From Candidatus Thorarchaeota archaeon (lineage in GTDB: Archaea > Asgardarchaeota > Thorarchaeia > Thorarchaeales > Thorarchaeaceae): a stretch of DNA of 64,000 nucleotides. Position 1 is the stretch's first letter. Every line of letters begins with the position of its first letter. This document shows positions 47,443 to 57,490 of the stretch, piece by piece. The notes under the pieces are model-generated. The model had not been told where the DNA came from. It searched no databases and worked only from the letters and a program-made list of their open reading frames with translations. The stretch spans positions 82,621 to 146,620 of the forward strand of contig DXJO01000008.1 in assembly GCA_019057475.1 (NCBI GenBank), read 5' to 3'. The position numbers and the translations under genes were made by a program.

Positions 47443-47904
47443 ATGCCACAAGGAAAGCGTCGAAAGAAGTCCAGACCTAGGAAGAAGAAACCACGCTATC
47501 TCTTCAAGATTACAGTGGTCGGACCCGATGATAAGCTGCTTGAGGAAGTACTTAGTGTGCTGAGCGCAGAAGTTATTGCCGTTGACGGAATTCGGATTAG
47601 CTCAGCGGCGGTGACCGTGGAGAAGACAGATGTTAAGACCCTCTTCATGTCACCAAGGCATTCAGCTCTTGACATCCTGTTATCTGTGACTTTTGCGGGT
47701 GCCAGCGGAGCAATCATTGTTCTCAAGGAAGCAGATTCAGAGATGGAAACTCTCTACAGAAACGAAGTTCGGGAGAAAATCGGTGCCGGCGTGCCCACAC
47801 GTGTTATCGCGATTGGATCTGGAATGGATGACTTCAAGAGAAACGAGATTGCTGTTCTCTTGGATGAGATGGTTGAAGAGATACTCTCTGTCAAAGTACA
47901 CTAG
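47443..47904 (+). CDS. Degenerate Ras/Rab-like small GTPase-fold protein
   Basis: YLFKITVVG and FAGASGAIIV resemble Rab beta1 and post-switch-II segments; G1/G3/G4 motifs absent; polybasic N-terminus. Confidence 0.55.
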   Translation: MPQGKRRKKSRPRKKKPRYLFKITVVGPDDKLLEEVLSVLSAEVIAVDGIRISSAAVTVEKTDVKTLFMSPRHSALDILLSVTFAGASGAIIVLKEADSEMETLYRNEVREKIGAGVPTRVIAIGSGMDDFKRNEIAVLLDEMVEEILSVKVH

Positions 47905-47963
47905 CTTCGGCTCTTCCACCGACGTAATAGCAACGCTTTTTTCTAATCTATGGGTAACCATGG

Positions 47964-48908
47964 TTGGTGTCATTCGTGAGCTCAGATGAAAAAGATGAAA
48001 ATTATTGGCTCGGAGTCCGTGATGGACTTAGGATGGTGGACTCCTTCGTAAGATGGTCAGCTAGGCATAAAGACAAGGCCAAGAATCTGCAGGAATTTAT
48101 CTCCGAAGGACTGATCGCGGCCGCGAAGCGATGCGAGTCGTGTTTGAGCACGACATTAGGTCTTACTTTCGGAGAGTCGCTGGGTGGCCTATCTCCGGAT
48201 GATTTGCTTGAACCTGCCGATCCGAAGGACAGATTGCCGACGCATTATGAGGAACCAGCAGAGGAAAAAGATAATGCTGTTCCGGATGATGAAGTGCCGG
48301 CCACTGAGGATTTGAGTCCCGAACCGAAATTCGAGTCAGAACCAGAGGCAAGCTCAGAAGTCGAGTCTACGTCGATTGAGGCCATCGAGCGAATGGAAGA
48401 TACTGAAATTGAAGATATGCATCTTGAGGGGCCTTCAAGGGACTTTGGAACCGAATTCGAGCTAGGTGAGCCAAGCCCCTTGACAATCGAACCTGAAGTT
48501 GAAGATCAGGAGTTGTCTGTTTCAGAAGCTTCGGAACCAGTGGAACCTTCTGAGCCTGAGCATACTGATGTGATTAAGGATGAAGTCGATGACGCTTCAC
48601 TATCGACGGAGTCTGGGCTCACATGGAGTGAGTACGAGGACACTATTGCTCCCCCCAAAACAACTGGTACACCTACCTCTGAAGAGCGTGTGACCGAAAC
48701 CGAGCCTTCAGAGACGCCTACGAAATGGAGCCCCATTGATGAGCCCATGGTATCAGAGGACGAGCCAGCTGAGGAAGAAGTTGAATCTCCTGACGAAGTT
48801 GACAAAGAAGTGCCCGAAGTCGAACCCCCGCCACCTCCACCGCCAGAATCTGATGAGAGTGAGGAAGAGCGAAGGCGTAGGGCACGAAGATTATTCTTCG
48901 GCACGTAG
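47964..48908 (+). CDS. Acidic, largely disordered protein with polyproline tract
   Basis: Small N-terminal helical domain with CESC; E/P/S/T-rich linker; PPPPPPP; C-terminal EEERRRRARRLFFGT. Confidence 0.75.
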   Translation: MVSFVSSDEKDENYWLGVRDGLRMVDSFVRWSARHKDKAKNLQEFISEGLIAAAKRCESCLSTTLGLTFGESLGGLSPDDLLEPADPKDRLPTHYEEPAEEKDNAVPDDEVPATEDLSPEPKFESEPEASSEVESTSIEAIERMEDTEIEDMHLEGPSRDFGTEFELGEPSPLTIEPEVEDQELSVSEASEPVEPSEPEHTDVIKDEVDDASLSTESGLTWSEYEDTIAPPKTTGTPTSEERVTETEPSETPTKWSPIDEPMVSEDEPAEEEVESPDEVDKEVPEVEPPPPPPPESDESEEERRRRARRLFFGT

Positions 48909-48915
48909 AAGGATG

Positions 48916-49938
48916 CTATTGGAGAATGTCCAGGTAGACAGAAAGGGCTTTCTCCGGTGTTTCCACACCTCTTATGGTTGCAGTACCAGTAGTCGATAAT
49001 GTGACCTTCACTGCATTACTAGTTTCAACCAACAGGAATTTTTCTTGTCTAACCACCTTGTGCTTTCTTGCTAGACGGTTCTCAATTGATTTCAGGTCGA
49101 GATTGAGGATTTTCATAGGAGAAACGTTGAAGGTGCCCGAACATAGAGCCGTCACAACTGGCCCATCCTGAACAACCGTGCTGTCTACTCGATTCACTGA
49201 ACATACCGGGCAGTTCTCAGCGCGTGCGATCTCAAAGAAATCGAAACTCAAAGAGCTGATGTCTATGGTCATCAACCTGTTCCTCAAACGCGCTTCCTTC
49301 TCGGTTGTCAAGAGGACAGCTTCTCTTACTTCAATTGCGGCAGCGATTGAGAGGAGCGTAGGTGTAACCCCAATCCTTTCACAGCTGTTATCCGGATTGT
49401 CTTCCACGTTTCCCATAATGCATGAGAAGCAACCTGTTTCTCCTGGTACAAACGTGGTCAAGTTCGCGTAGTATTCTACCGCTCCAGCAAACACATAGGG
49501 GATGCCCAACGATTGGCTAGCTTTGTTTACAGCCCGGCGGGAGTGGAACGAATCGAGTCCATCAACGATAATATCACATCCCTTCAGGATATCATTCGCA
49601 TTGCTCTCCTCTATTGATATGCATAGGGGCTCGAAGTTGACGTGTGGATTCAAGAGCGCGAGGTTTTCTGCCGCAACATCTACCTTTGGTTTCCCAACAT
49701 CTTGAGTGTTGTAGATGGTCTGTCGCTGAATGTTGGATAGTTCGACCACATCTCTATCCACAATCCGTATGACACCAAAGCCGATGGCAGTCAGAAGCCT
49801 CAAGGCAGCGCTTCCAAGTCCGCCAGCACCGACAACTGCCACCCTGGTGCCCATTACGGACTCCATGTCTGCTTCTTTGAAGTCGTGGAGGGCAAGCATC
49901 CGCGAATACCGCTCTGTTTCGTCTGGAGTAATCTTCAT
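48916..49938 (-). CDS. ThiF/MoeB/HesA-family adenylyltransferase (E1-like)
   Basis: RYSR, VVGAGGLGS, DRDVVELSNIQRQ, DGLD, CFSC, catalytic SCE, CPVC. Confidence 0.92.
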   Translation of the reverse strand: MKITPDETERYSRMLALHDFKEADMESVMGTRVAVVGAGGLGSAALRLLTAIGFGVIRIVDRDVVELSNIQRQTIYNTQDVGKPKVDVAAENLALLNPHVNFEPLCISIEESNANDILKGCDIIVDGLDSFHSRRAVNKASQSLGIPYVFAGAVEYYANLTTFVPGETGCFSCIMGNVEDNPDNSCERIGVTPTLLSIAAAIEVREAVLLTTEKEARLRNRLMTIDISSLSFDFFEIARAENCPVCSVNRVDSTVVQDGPVVTALCSGTFNVSPMKILNLDLKSIENRLARKHKVVRQEKFLLVETSNAVKVTLSTTGTATIRGVETPEKALSVYLDILQ

Positions 49939-49998
49939 TTTGCGGGCCCTGAGAGGTTTAGAGTCACTTAAAGCCTTGTACACAGGCCCAATCTTGGC

Positions 49999-50841
49999 AT
50001 GAACTACACATCAGAGGTTGCAATAGCCATTCGCAGGACTCCACAAGAATCCCTCTCAGAGGCTCTCTCCAAGCTCCTTGCCCCTCCCACTCCAAAAGGC
50101 CCAATAGATCGCGTGATAATCAAGCCTTCCATCTATAAACCCCGTTTGGCAGGAAACACAAATTCAGACCTAGTTGGTGCTCTTATCCGTCTGTTCAAGT
50201 CTATCGCTCCGGTGCTGGTCGTGGAGAGTGATAACCCTCTCAGAAACGCGGAAGATGCGTTTCGGCAGTCCTCATATCATACGCTTGAAGGGAAAACAAC
50301 AACACTGGTCAACCTCTCGAAATCGGACTTAGCTCCTGTGAAAATGGCTGGGCATCTCTTTAAGAGCAAGCCCATGCCAACTCTGCTGACTGGGTCTCGC
50401 ATGCTAATCAATGCGGCGACAATAAAGGTCGATTCTGGGATTTCAGTCATTGGAGCCAGTATGAAGAACCTTTTTGGACTACTGCCTGAGGTTGACAAGT
50501 CAGTTTATCACGACCGCATCGATGATGCTCTGGTCGATCTTCTTCAGGCTTTCAGGCCAGATTTGACAGTTGTTGATTTGACAGAGATTGTAATAGGGCA
50601 GCGAGAAGAGGGACAGGTTGCCAAGGTCGGAGGTGTGGTGGTAGGCACAGACCCTGTTGCAGTTGATACGTTCTGTTGTGACCTCGTAGGAATAGATGCT
50701 TTCAATGTTCCCTACATAGTCAAGGCATATGAATTGGGTTTAGGAGAAGCGCTAATCGATCGAATCGGTATTCGTGGAACTGAGTATCAGAAGCGGAAAA
50801 TCTACGACAGCTTGAAGATCCAGATGCCTCCCCGGAAATAA
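49999..50841 (+). CDS. DUF362-family protein
   Basis: VIIKP, VVES, MKNLFGLLP, DPVAVD. Confidence 0.8.
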   Translation: MNYTSEVAIAIRRTPQESLSEALSKLLAPPTPKGPIDRVIIKPSIYKPRLAGNTNSDLVGALIRLFKSIAPVLVVESDNPLRNAEDAFRQSSYHTLEGKTTTLVNLSKSDLAPVKMAGHLFKSKPMPTLLTGSRMLINAATIKVDSGISVIGASMKNLFGLLPEVDKSVYHDRIDDALVDLLQAFRPDLTVVDLTEIVIGQREEGQVAKVGGVVVGTDPVAVDTFCCDLVGIDAFNVPYIVKAYELGLGEALIDRIGIRGTEYQKRKIYDSLKIQMPPRK

Positions 50842-50916
50842 TATAATCCCGGTGTAGAGAATAAATTTGTTCTCAACGTTTGTGAACTAGCAACGGCAAC
50901 AAAAGGGTGAACTAAA

Positions 50917-52083
50917 TTGGATTGGACTTCACACGCTATGGAACGCATTCCCGCTTCTGGCACCTTAAAGATGTTCGAACTGGCCAAGAAACTCGAGGCT
51001 AAGGGTCGCAAGATATACCACTTCGAGGTGGGAGAACCCGACTTCCCCACTCCGGCGAATGTGGTTGAAGCGGGTATAAAGGCTCTCAAGGAGGGACACA
51101 CCAAATACGTTTCCTCTCGCGGAGCGCCTCCGCTTCTTGACGCTATAGCCGATTACTACAATCAACAAGGCATCAAAATCGACAGCCAAGAGAATGTTAT
51201 TGTTACACCCGGAGCCAAGCTGGCTCTGTTCAGTGGAATCATGGCGACTATCGATAGTGGCGATGAGGTTCTCTGTTTGTCTCCGGCATGGCCAACATAT
51301 CGCGTTATGATACGCATGGTCGGAGCTAAGCCCGTGGATGTCCCAATGAGTCCGGACTTCCAGCTTGATGAAGAGGCTCTCAAGAGCGCTATGACGAGAA
51401 CAGTAACTGCATTAATCATCAATAGTCCATCGAATCCAACGGGCGGGGCGTTGACAAAGGAGCACCTTAAAACCATCTATGACCTAGCCTGCGATCATGA
51501 CTTTGTCGTCTTCAGTGATGAGATCTACGAGTCGCTGGTCTATGATGGCTTCCGTCAGGCATCCATGCTTGATGTCGACCCAGACATGAAGCGGAGCTTG
51601 ATTATCAACGGGTTCTCGAAATCATACGCGATGACTGGATGGCGGTTAGGTTATGCTGTAGGTAATTCGCAAACGATAGGCAACATGATCCGAATACAGC
51701 AGAACACCACCTCTTGTGCTGCAGACTTTTCGCAGATGGCTGCTGTAGAGGCTCTAAGAGGGGACCAAACCTCGATCGAAAAGATGAGGCTCGCATATCA
51801 AAAGCGCCGAGACGTCATTACACAGTTGTTCTGTGATATGGACGGAGTTAGTTGCATGTCCCCGAAAGGAGCCTTCTATGTGTTTCCTGACTTCAGTGAA
51901 TACAACCTAAGCAGTACGACCCTTGCCGAGCTACTTCTGAAGAAGGTTGGTGTTGTAGGGACGCCGGGGGTTGCGTTTGGGAAAGCGTACGACTCATATC
52001 TTAGATTCTCCTACTCAGCTTCAATGTCCGACATTCAGGAAGGCATCACCAAGCTCAGGGAGTACTTGCCCTCATTGAAGTAG
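50917..52083 (+). CDS. Class I/II PLP aminotransferase (aspartate aminotransferase type)
   Basis: GEPDF, TPGAK, NSPSNPTG, SDEIY, GFSKSYAMTGWRLG, GAFY. Confidence 0.94.
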   Translation: MDWTSHAMERIPASGTLKMFELAKKLEAKGRKIYHFEVGEPDFPTPANVVEAGIKALKEGHTKYVSSRGAPPLLDAIADYYNQQGIKIDSQENVIVTPGAKLALFSGIMATIDSGDEVLCLSPAWPTYRVMIRMVGAKPVDVPMSPDFQLDEEALKSAMTRTVTALIINSPSNPTGGALTKEHLKTIYDLACDHDFVVFSDEIYESLVYDGFRQASMLDVDPDMKRSLIINGFSKSYAMTGWRLGYAVGNSQTIGNMIRIQQNTTSCAADFSQMAAVEALRGDQTSIEKMRLAYQKRRDVITQLFCDMDGVSCMSPKGAFYVFPDFSEYNLSSTTLAELLLKKVGVVGTPGVAFGKAYDSYLRFSYSASMSDIQEGITKLREYLPSLK

Positions 52084-52096
52084 GCAGTGACCCGCA

Positions 52097-52702
52097 ATGT
52101 CTGAGAAGAGCCGCGAAACGCAAGAAAATGGCAAGAATCTTGTGCGCTTCGAGTGTATCAAGTGCGGTGAATGTTGCAGACAGAAGGGGCTGATTGTGAC
52201 TGTAACTGGCAGGGACGTAGCCCGTTTGTCTTCAACACTAGGGATGGCAGCTCCAGAGCTATTACGTGCACTGGACTTCTATGTTCTTCCGGAAAACGGA
52301 AACGCCCCCAAGGGTCTGCGTGATACTCCGCTGCTGAAGACCGAATCTGGTAAGGCTTACATGGCGCTGCGGAAGATGGAGTCGGGTGACTGTATCTTTC
52401 TCAAGGACAACCAGTGCATGATACATCCGATTCGCCCATTCGTTTGTAGGACTTTCCCATTTGTATTTCGTGATGTGGCTGGAAGAGTGAAGTGGGGTTT
52501 CAGCTCGATGAAGGATATCTGTCCTGGAATCGGCGAGGGCAGTAAAGCTACAAAGCAGGAACTAGTTGAGTTGTGCATAGCAGCACTTGAGGATTTGGCC
52601 ATATATCGAGAGTTCGCAGAAACCTGGAATGAAACTACTGCTGAACCAACTGTTATTGGTTTCCTTGAGGCAATTCTCTCTGATGTTCGCTTCTCCGTCT
52701 AG
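52097..52702 (+). CDS. YkgJ/CxxCxxCC (UPF0153) cysteine-cluster protein
   Basis: FECIKCGECC, CIFL...CMIH..RP.VCRTFPF, CPG. Confidence 0.88.
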   Translation: MSEKSRETQENGKNLVRFECIKCGECCRQKGLIVTVTGRDVARLSSTLGMAAPELLRALDFYVLPENGNAPKGLRDTPLLKTESGKAYMALRKMESGDCIFLKDNQCMIHPIRPFVCRTFPFVFRDVAGRVKWGFSSMKDICPGIGEGSKATKQELVELCIAALEDLAIYREFAETWNETTAEPTVIGFLEAILSDVRFSV

Positions 52703-52794
52703 CAATAAGCAATGCAATTGGCCGTTGTGTACGATGGCTCGTCAAGAAGTTTGGGCCTGTCGAGTAAATGCGCATTGAATCAGATTTCAAGAGC

Positions 52795-53769
52795 TTAGAG
52801 CCGGCTAAGGATCTCTAGGATGTTGCTGAAGTTATGCTCGACGGTCCGGCTCTTCTCCCCGTAAGCCTCGAGATGCTTGAATCTCTTATCATCCTTCACG
52901 AGGCTCATGAAGCGCTCGGACCGAATCTCAGTATGGATGCTCTCGTTCAATAGCAATATCTCATCTGAGGTCTTCAGAATGAATTGTAGCATCTTTATCA
53001 GGAGATTGAAGTCTGCGATGTCTCTAAGTTGTAATGTCTGGCTGTAAAATTGGAATTCCAATCTGGCTAGGAACTCTCTCATCTGCGCCAACTTGATGAG
53101 CCAATCATTAGCTTTCTCATTGTTGAGTTCATAGTGTATCCTCGACCAATAGGCTTGCTGCTCCAGAAGCTGCACTAGATAGCTCCGCAAGAACGCGAAG
53201 GAGTCAACACCCTCCTCGATGTCATCCTCACTACCGATGGATTTCATCATGTCGTCCATATCGCTGTGTTTGATAGCAATCTTCAGCGAGAACTTGTCGA
53301 CATACCTCCTGATCTCGTCTGCCTTCTCCTGCTTAGTCATGGTGTCAGCATATGTATCACTTAGCGTCAGTATGAATTTGTATATACAATCACTACATAT
53401 TTCCATACTTCCAGTCAAATCCTTCGTGGACATAAACTGAAGAGCATCCTCTATGTCACTAGCAGGAACATCCCTGCCATGAATACGCAAAACCCATCCT
53501 TGTGATATGCAATAAATGCGATTTGTAATGTCATCAATATACACCCAAGCGTAGCAAATACAGTCCTTTTCACTTCGTTCTTTGTCCATGTCTTCCTTGG
53601 AGCGTGCAAACCCAAACAAGGAGGTGTCTACGTCGATGACATCCACTTCTAGAATTGAATCGTCATTCACACAGAGCTTTTCATCGCCAAAAACCTTGAA
53701 GCAGGGACATCCCCTGATCAGTCTGATTGTGCCTTGGCGATCACTGTCTTGGCTTCCACCAATCGTCAC
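52795..53769 (-). CDS. Hypothetical Cys-rich protein, paralog A
   Basis: GCPCFKVFGDEKLC, CY, YCISQG, CSDCIYK; helical C-terminus. Confidence 0.8.
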   Translation of the reverse strand: MTIGGSQDSDRQGTIRLIRGCPCFKVFGDEKLCVNDDSILEVDVIDVDTSLFGFARSKEDMDKERSEKDCICYAWVYIDDITNRIYCISQGWVLRIHGRDVPASDIEDALQFMSTKDLTGSMEICSDCIYKFILTLSDTYADTMTKQEKADEIRRYVDKFSLKIAIKHSDMDDMMKSIGSEDDIEEGVDSFAFLRSYLVQLLEQQAYWSRIHYELNNEKANDWLIKLAQMREFLARLEFQFYSQTLQLRDIADFNLLIKMLQFILKTSDEILLLNESIHTEIRSERFMSLVKDDKRFKHLEAYGEKSRTVEHNFSNILEILSRL

Positions 53770-53862
53770 TATTCACTGCTCCATGTCCTGCTTCCGCTTG
53801 CTCTGCGCTTTCAAACAATCAACAAAAAACAAACGCGGAATCATGTTATAGAGTTTATCGTG

Positions 53863-54885
53863 CTATGTTCGAATCTGGCTGAGGGCTCTGAGAAGGTTGC
53901 TGAATCGGTGCTCAGTGCGCCTACGTTTGTTAGAGTGAATTTCAAATAACTGTTGCACCTGATTTGGAACCCCACCCGTTTCCATTACCTTATGCGACTT
54001 CTCGCGGATTTCGTTGTTTAGACTTACCACCCTCCCAGCAACTTCAACCATGAACTTCAGGATTCCCAGAGAAACGACTTGATCCGGAGCTTGGCTCAGA
54101 GTTATCACCTGGAAGAGGAACACAGTTTCGAGTCTGGCGAGGAGCTTGTAATGCTCCATAAGTTCGATGAGACCTTCGCTGGCTCCCTCCTTCTTCATGT
54201 CGTCTATTCGAGACGCCCATTCACTCCGTTGCTTCATGAGGTCCTCAATGTGGTTCTCAACAAGCTCAATGGGATCCACTCCCTCATCCAGCACAGCTTC
54301 TTCGACTATTTCCTCGAGATCCATGGCCATCTTCACAGCCAAGTTCTTTACATATGCTGCGATTATTTCTCCTCTTTCAGTTTCGCTGAGCCGATCCGCG
54401 AAGACTTCAGTATTCATTATCAGATACTTGTAAAGACAATCAGAACACACGACACCGTCACTAGACTGTTCTGTTGATGTGACAAACTGCAAGGCGTCAA
54501 GAACATCTGACGACTTTACATCGCACTTGTTGATTCGTATTCGCTGACCTTGACTGACACAATATACCTTATCGTCTGTCTCGTCGAGGAAAACCAATAG
54601 ATAACACATGTTCTTCCTGCTACTCTTGAACTTGAGAAGTTCTTCCGGCGACTGTGACTCGGCGAAGAACGATGGGTCAACTGATATCGAGATGATGGGT
54701 AGCACGTCATCGTTGTTCAGGCAGACCTTCTCATCGCCGAACTCCCTGTAACAAGGGCATCCCTTGACAAGGCGCGATGAACCACTGCTGGCTCCTGCCA
54801 GAGATGATGCGCCCAGTTTCATTTCAGACACCTTAGGTCTTATAATAGCACACTCCCGGTCCGATATTCCGATTTCTGTGTTCAA
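53863..54885 (-). CDS. Hypothetical Cys-rich protein, paralog B
   Basis: GCPCYREFGDEKVC, CY, YCVSQG, CSDCLYK; same C-terminal EH.FSN motif as paralog A. Start uncertain. Confidence 0.8.
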   Translation of the reverse strand: MNTEIGISDRECAIIRPKVSEMKLGASSLAGASSGSSRLVKGCPCYREFGDEKVCLNNDDVLPIISISVDPSFFAESQSPEELLKFKSSRKNMCYLLVFLDETDDKVYCVSQGQRIRINKCDVKSSDVLDALQFVTSTEQSSDGVVCSDCLYKYLIMNTEVFADRLSETERGEIIAAYVKNLAVKMAMDLEEIVEEAVLDEGVDPIELVENHIEDLMKQRSEWASRIDDMKKEGASEGLIELMEHYKLLARLETVFLFQVITLSQAPDQVVSLGILKFMVEVAGRVVSLNNEIREKSHKVMETGGVPNQVQQLFEIHSNKRRRTEHRFSNLLRALSQIRT

Positions 54886-55062
54886 GCGATATGAAGTTTT
54901 CTTGCACAGACGGCCCTTCTGGGTTCAAGAAACACAGTCCAGAAGAAGAGAATTCACTGTTAGCCGATTTCGCAGCATCTTTGACCTTCTATTGTATAGG
55001 GATAACTGAATGCAGGTCGTGAAACCTGGCATGCTAAAAGGAGGGAAGGAGCCGCGGGGTGC

Positions 55063-55206
55063 CTATGTGCCCCACAGCTCACGCTTCAGCAGGTCACGGA
55101 TAGCAATCCTGATAGCTTCTGACCTGTTCGGATAGAGATTGCTTTGTACGAGCTTCTCTAGACCATCAACGTACGTTTCCGGGACATGAAGTGTGACCAA
55201 TTTCAA
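55063..55206 (-). CDS. Ribbon-helix-helix regulator, CdrS/CopG-like, 47 aa (absent from the ORF track)
   Basis: MKLVTLHVPETYVDGLEKLVQSNLYPNRSEAIRIAIRDLLKRELWGT*; TTG start with AGGTGA SD; pyrimidine tract after the stop. Confidence 0.9.
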   Translation of the reverse strand: MKLVTLHVPETYVDGLEKLVQSNLYPNRSEAIRIAIRDLLKRELWGT

Positions 55207-55365
55207 TGTTGTATCACCTGAGTCATGTCAGGGTCATACTGTAATATCACTGTGAGTAATACTGGGTCGAGGGTCAAGATGGCAGGCCTTCCTTGGTTCG
55301 CAAGGCAGGAGTTATATCACTTTCATCTGGCACACAAGACCAATCACCAACAAGAGTGGGGTCGC

Positions 55366-57489
55366 TTGACCGTGGACCGACAGAAAGCCATTGAAACGTT
55401 ATTCAATCCCAAGTCTATCGCAGTAATCGGTGCATCATCTACGAAAGGAAAGCTCGGCAACTCGGTTGTGCGCAATATCATTGACAGCGGCTACGAGGGC
55501 AGAATCTACCCTGTTAACCCGAAAGCGGAGAAAATTCTCGGACTTAAAGTCTACAGGTCTGTGAGTGACGTTGTTGGACGTGTGGATGTTGCAGTCATCG
55601 TGATCCCTGCAAGATTCGTCCTCCCCGTAGTGGAAGAATGTGGCAAGAAGGGTGTAACGGCACTCGTGATTATTACCGCTGGCTTCAAGGAGATTGGTCA
55701 TGAGGGTCAGGAAGCGGAGAGGAAAATAGTAGAGATTGCCAAGAAACATGGCATGATTGTGCAAGGACCAAACTGCTTGGGCATCATCAACACCTATGCT
55801 CCATATAACGCTTCATTCTCCGCTGGAACCCCTTCCAAAGGATCGATTGCCTTTGCTTCGCAATCGGGTGCACTGATGACTGGAATTCTTGACTGGAGTC
55901 TTATGGAGAAGATTGGCTTCTCCAAGTTCGTAAGTCTTGGTAACAAAGCGCATCTGGACGAGGCGGACTTCGTTGAGGCATTCGGAAACGATCCGAACTC
56001 CACGTTTATTCTGCTCTACATCGAGTCCGTTGTTGATGGTCGCAAATTCATGAAAGCTTGCCGAGAGGTCGTTCCAAAGAAGCCCATCTTCGTTGTGAAA
56101 TCGGGGGTGAGCGCCGCTGGAGCCCGGGCTGCCTCATCGCACACGGGGTCTCTAGCTGGCAGCGATACTGCGTATGATGTGGCATTCAAACAGAGCGGTG
56201 TCAATCGTGCTGAGAATATGTCTCAGCTGTTCGATGTCGCTAGCGTGTTCGATGACATGCATCTCCCTGCAGGCAACCGTGTGGCAATAGTCACCAATGC
56301 TGGGGGTCCTGGAATTATGACGACCGACGCCTGCGAGGCTTGCGGACTAGAAATCGCTCAGTTATCCCGGACGACAATCGGGCTTCTGCAGAAAGAATTA
56401 CCTCCTGCTGCCTCAGTCTATAATCCAATTGATGCTCTAGGTACGGCTCAGCCTAAGGACTACGAGCTTTGTATTGAAGCTGCTCTGAGGGATGAAAATG
56501 TTGATTCTGTTCTTGTTCTAGTAACTCCTCAGGCCGTAACCAAAGTGGCAGAAACAGCGAAAACGTTGGTCGAGTCGCATAGGAAGTATCCTGGCAAGCC
56601 TCTGGTAGCCGTATTCATGGGCGGCAACTCAATGGTTTACCCGCGCATCATCATGAATGATGGCGGCATTCCCGTCTTCGATTTCCCTGAACGAGCAGTA
56701 CACGCCTTGGCCCAGCTCTACAAGTACACTGTGCGGAGGGACAATCTGAAGGATGATATCGTTCCCAAGTTCAAGGTTGATACAAAACGAGTTCAGAAGG
56801 TCATGGATTTGGTGCGAGCAGATGGAAGGAGCATTATGATGGGCTACGAGTCGCATGAGGTGGCTGAGGCGTACGGCATTCCTGTTGCCCGCATTCGACT
56901 GGCAACCAGTTCTGAAGAAGCAAGACAGATAGCCAAGGATCTTGGCTTCCCTGTGGTCTTGAAGATTGCAAGTCCTGACATTGTACACAAGAGTGACATT
57001 GGAGGGATTATTCTTGGGCTTGAAACCCAGCAGGAGGTCGAAGCTGGCTTCATGCAGATTCTCGAGAATGCGAAGAAGCATGTACCGAATGCAATTGTCT
57101 ACGGTGTTGATGTTCAAGAGATGGCTCCTAAGGGGAAGGAGCTGATTATTGGTTGTTCGCGAGATATCCAGTTTGGCCCGTTGATAATGTTCGGAGCCGG
57201 CGGCATCTTCGTGAACTACCTGAAGGATATTGCATTCAGGCTTGCGCCGATGTCCCGCGCAGATGCGGGGAGCCTCATCGGTGACACTAAAATGGGTGCA
57301 CTACTCACGGGTGTTAGAGGCGAGCTTCCTAGTGACATACCCGCACTGGAAGACACAATTCTAAAAATTAGTCAGTTAGTGACTGACTTCGAGGAAATCG
57401 TGGAATTGGACATCAACCCCGTGTTTGCGTACGAGAAGGGAAAGGGCATATGTGCAGTTGATGTAAAGATAACAATCGCTGGAGAGTGA
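55366..57489 (+). CDS. acd: ADP-forming acetate/acyl-CoA ligase, fused alpha-beta subunits
   Basis: LFNPKSIAVIGAS, GPNCLG, SQSGA, SSHTGSLAG (phospho-His), TNAGGPG, NPID, FPVVLKI, HKSDIGG, ELDINP. Confidence 0.93.
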   Translation: MTVDRQKAIETLFNPKSIAVIGASSTKGKLGNSVVRNIIDSGYEGRIYPVNPKAEKILGLKVYRSVSDVVGRVDVAVIVIPARFVLPVVEECGKKGVTALVIITAGFKEIGHEGQEAERKIVEIAKKHGMIVQGPNCLGIINTYAPYNASFSAGTPSKGSIAFASQSGALMTGILDWSLMEKIGFSKFVSLGNKAHLDEADFVEAFGNDPNSTFILLYIESVVDGRKFMKACREVVPKKPIFVVKSGVSAAGARAASSHTGSLAGSDTAYDVAFKQSGVNRAENMSQLFDVASVFDDMHLPAGNRVAIVTNAGGPGIMTTDACEACGLEIAQLSRTTIGLLQKELPPAASVYNPIDALGTAQPKDYELCIEAALRDENVDSVLVLVTPQAVTKVAETAKTLVESHRKYPGKPLVAVFMGGNSMVYPRIIMNDGGIPVFDFPERAVHALAQLYKYTVRRDNLKDDIVPKFKVDTKRVQKVMDLVRADGRSIMMGYESHEVAEAYGIPVARIRLATSSEEARQIAKDLGFPVVLKIASPDIVHKSDIGGIILGLETQQEVEAGFMQILENAKKHVPNAIVYGVDVQEMAPKGKELIIGCSRDIQFGPLIMFGAGGIFVNYLKDIAFRLAPMSRADAGSLIGDTKMGALLTGVRGELPSDIPALEDTILKISQLVTDFEEIVELDINPVFAYEKGKGICAVDVKITIAGE

Positions 57490-57490
57490 T

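Noticed and set aside
48916-49938. Eukaryote-type ubiquitin E1 system
   Set aside because: Ordinary ThiF/MoeB architecture; no ubiquitin, E2 or RING genes adjacent.
53770-53784. In-frame ATG-GAG-CAG-TGA just upstream of paralog A, a possible second Sec codon
   Set aside because: No Cys/redox context, no SECIS-like hairpin found after the gene, no equivalent in paralog B; the sequence is explained as the SD region of the GTG start.
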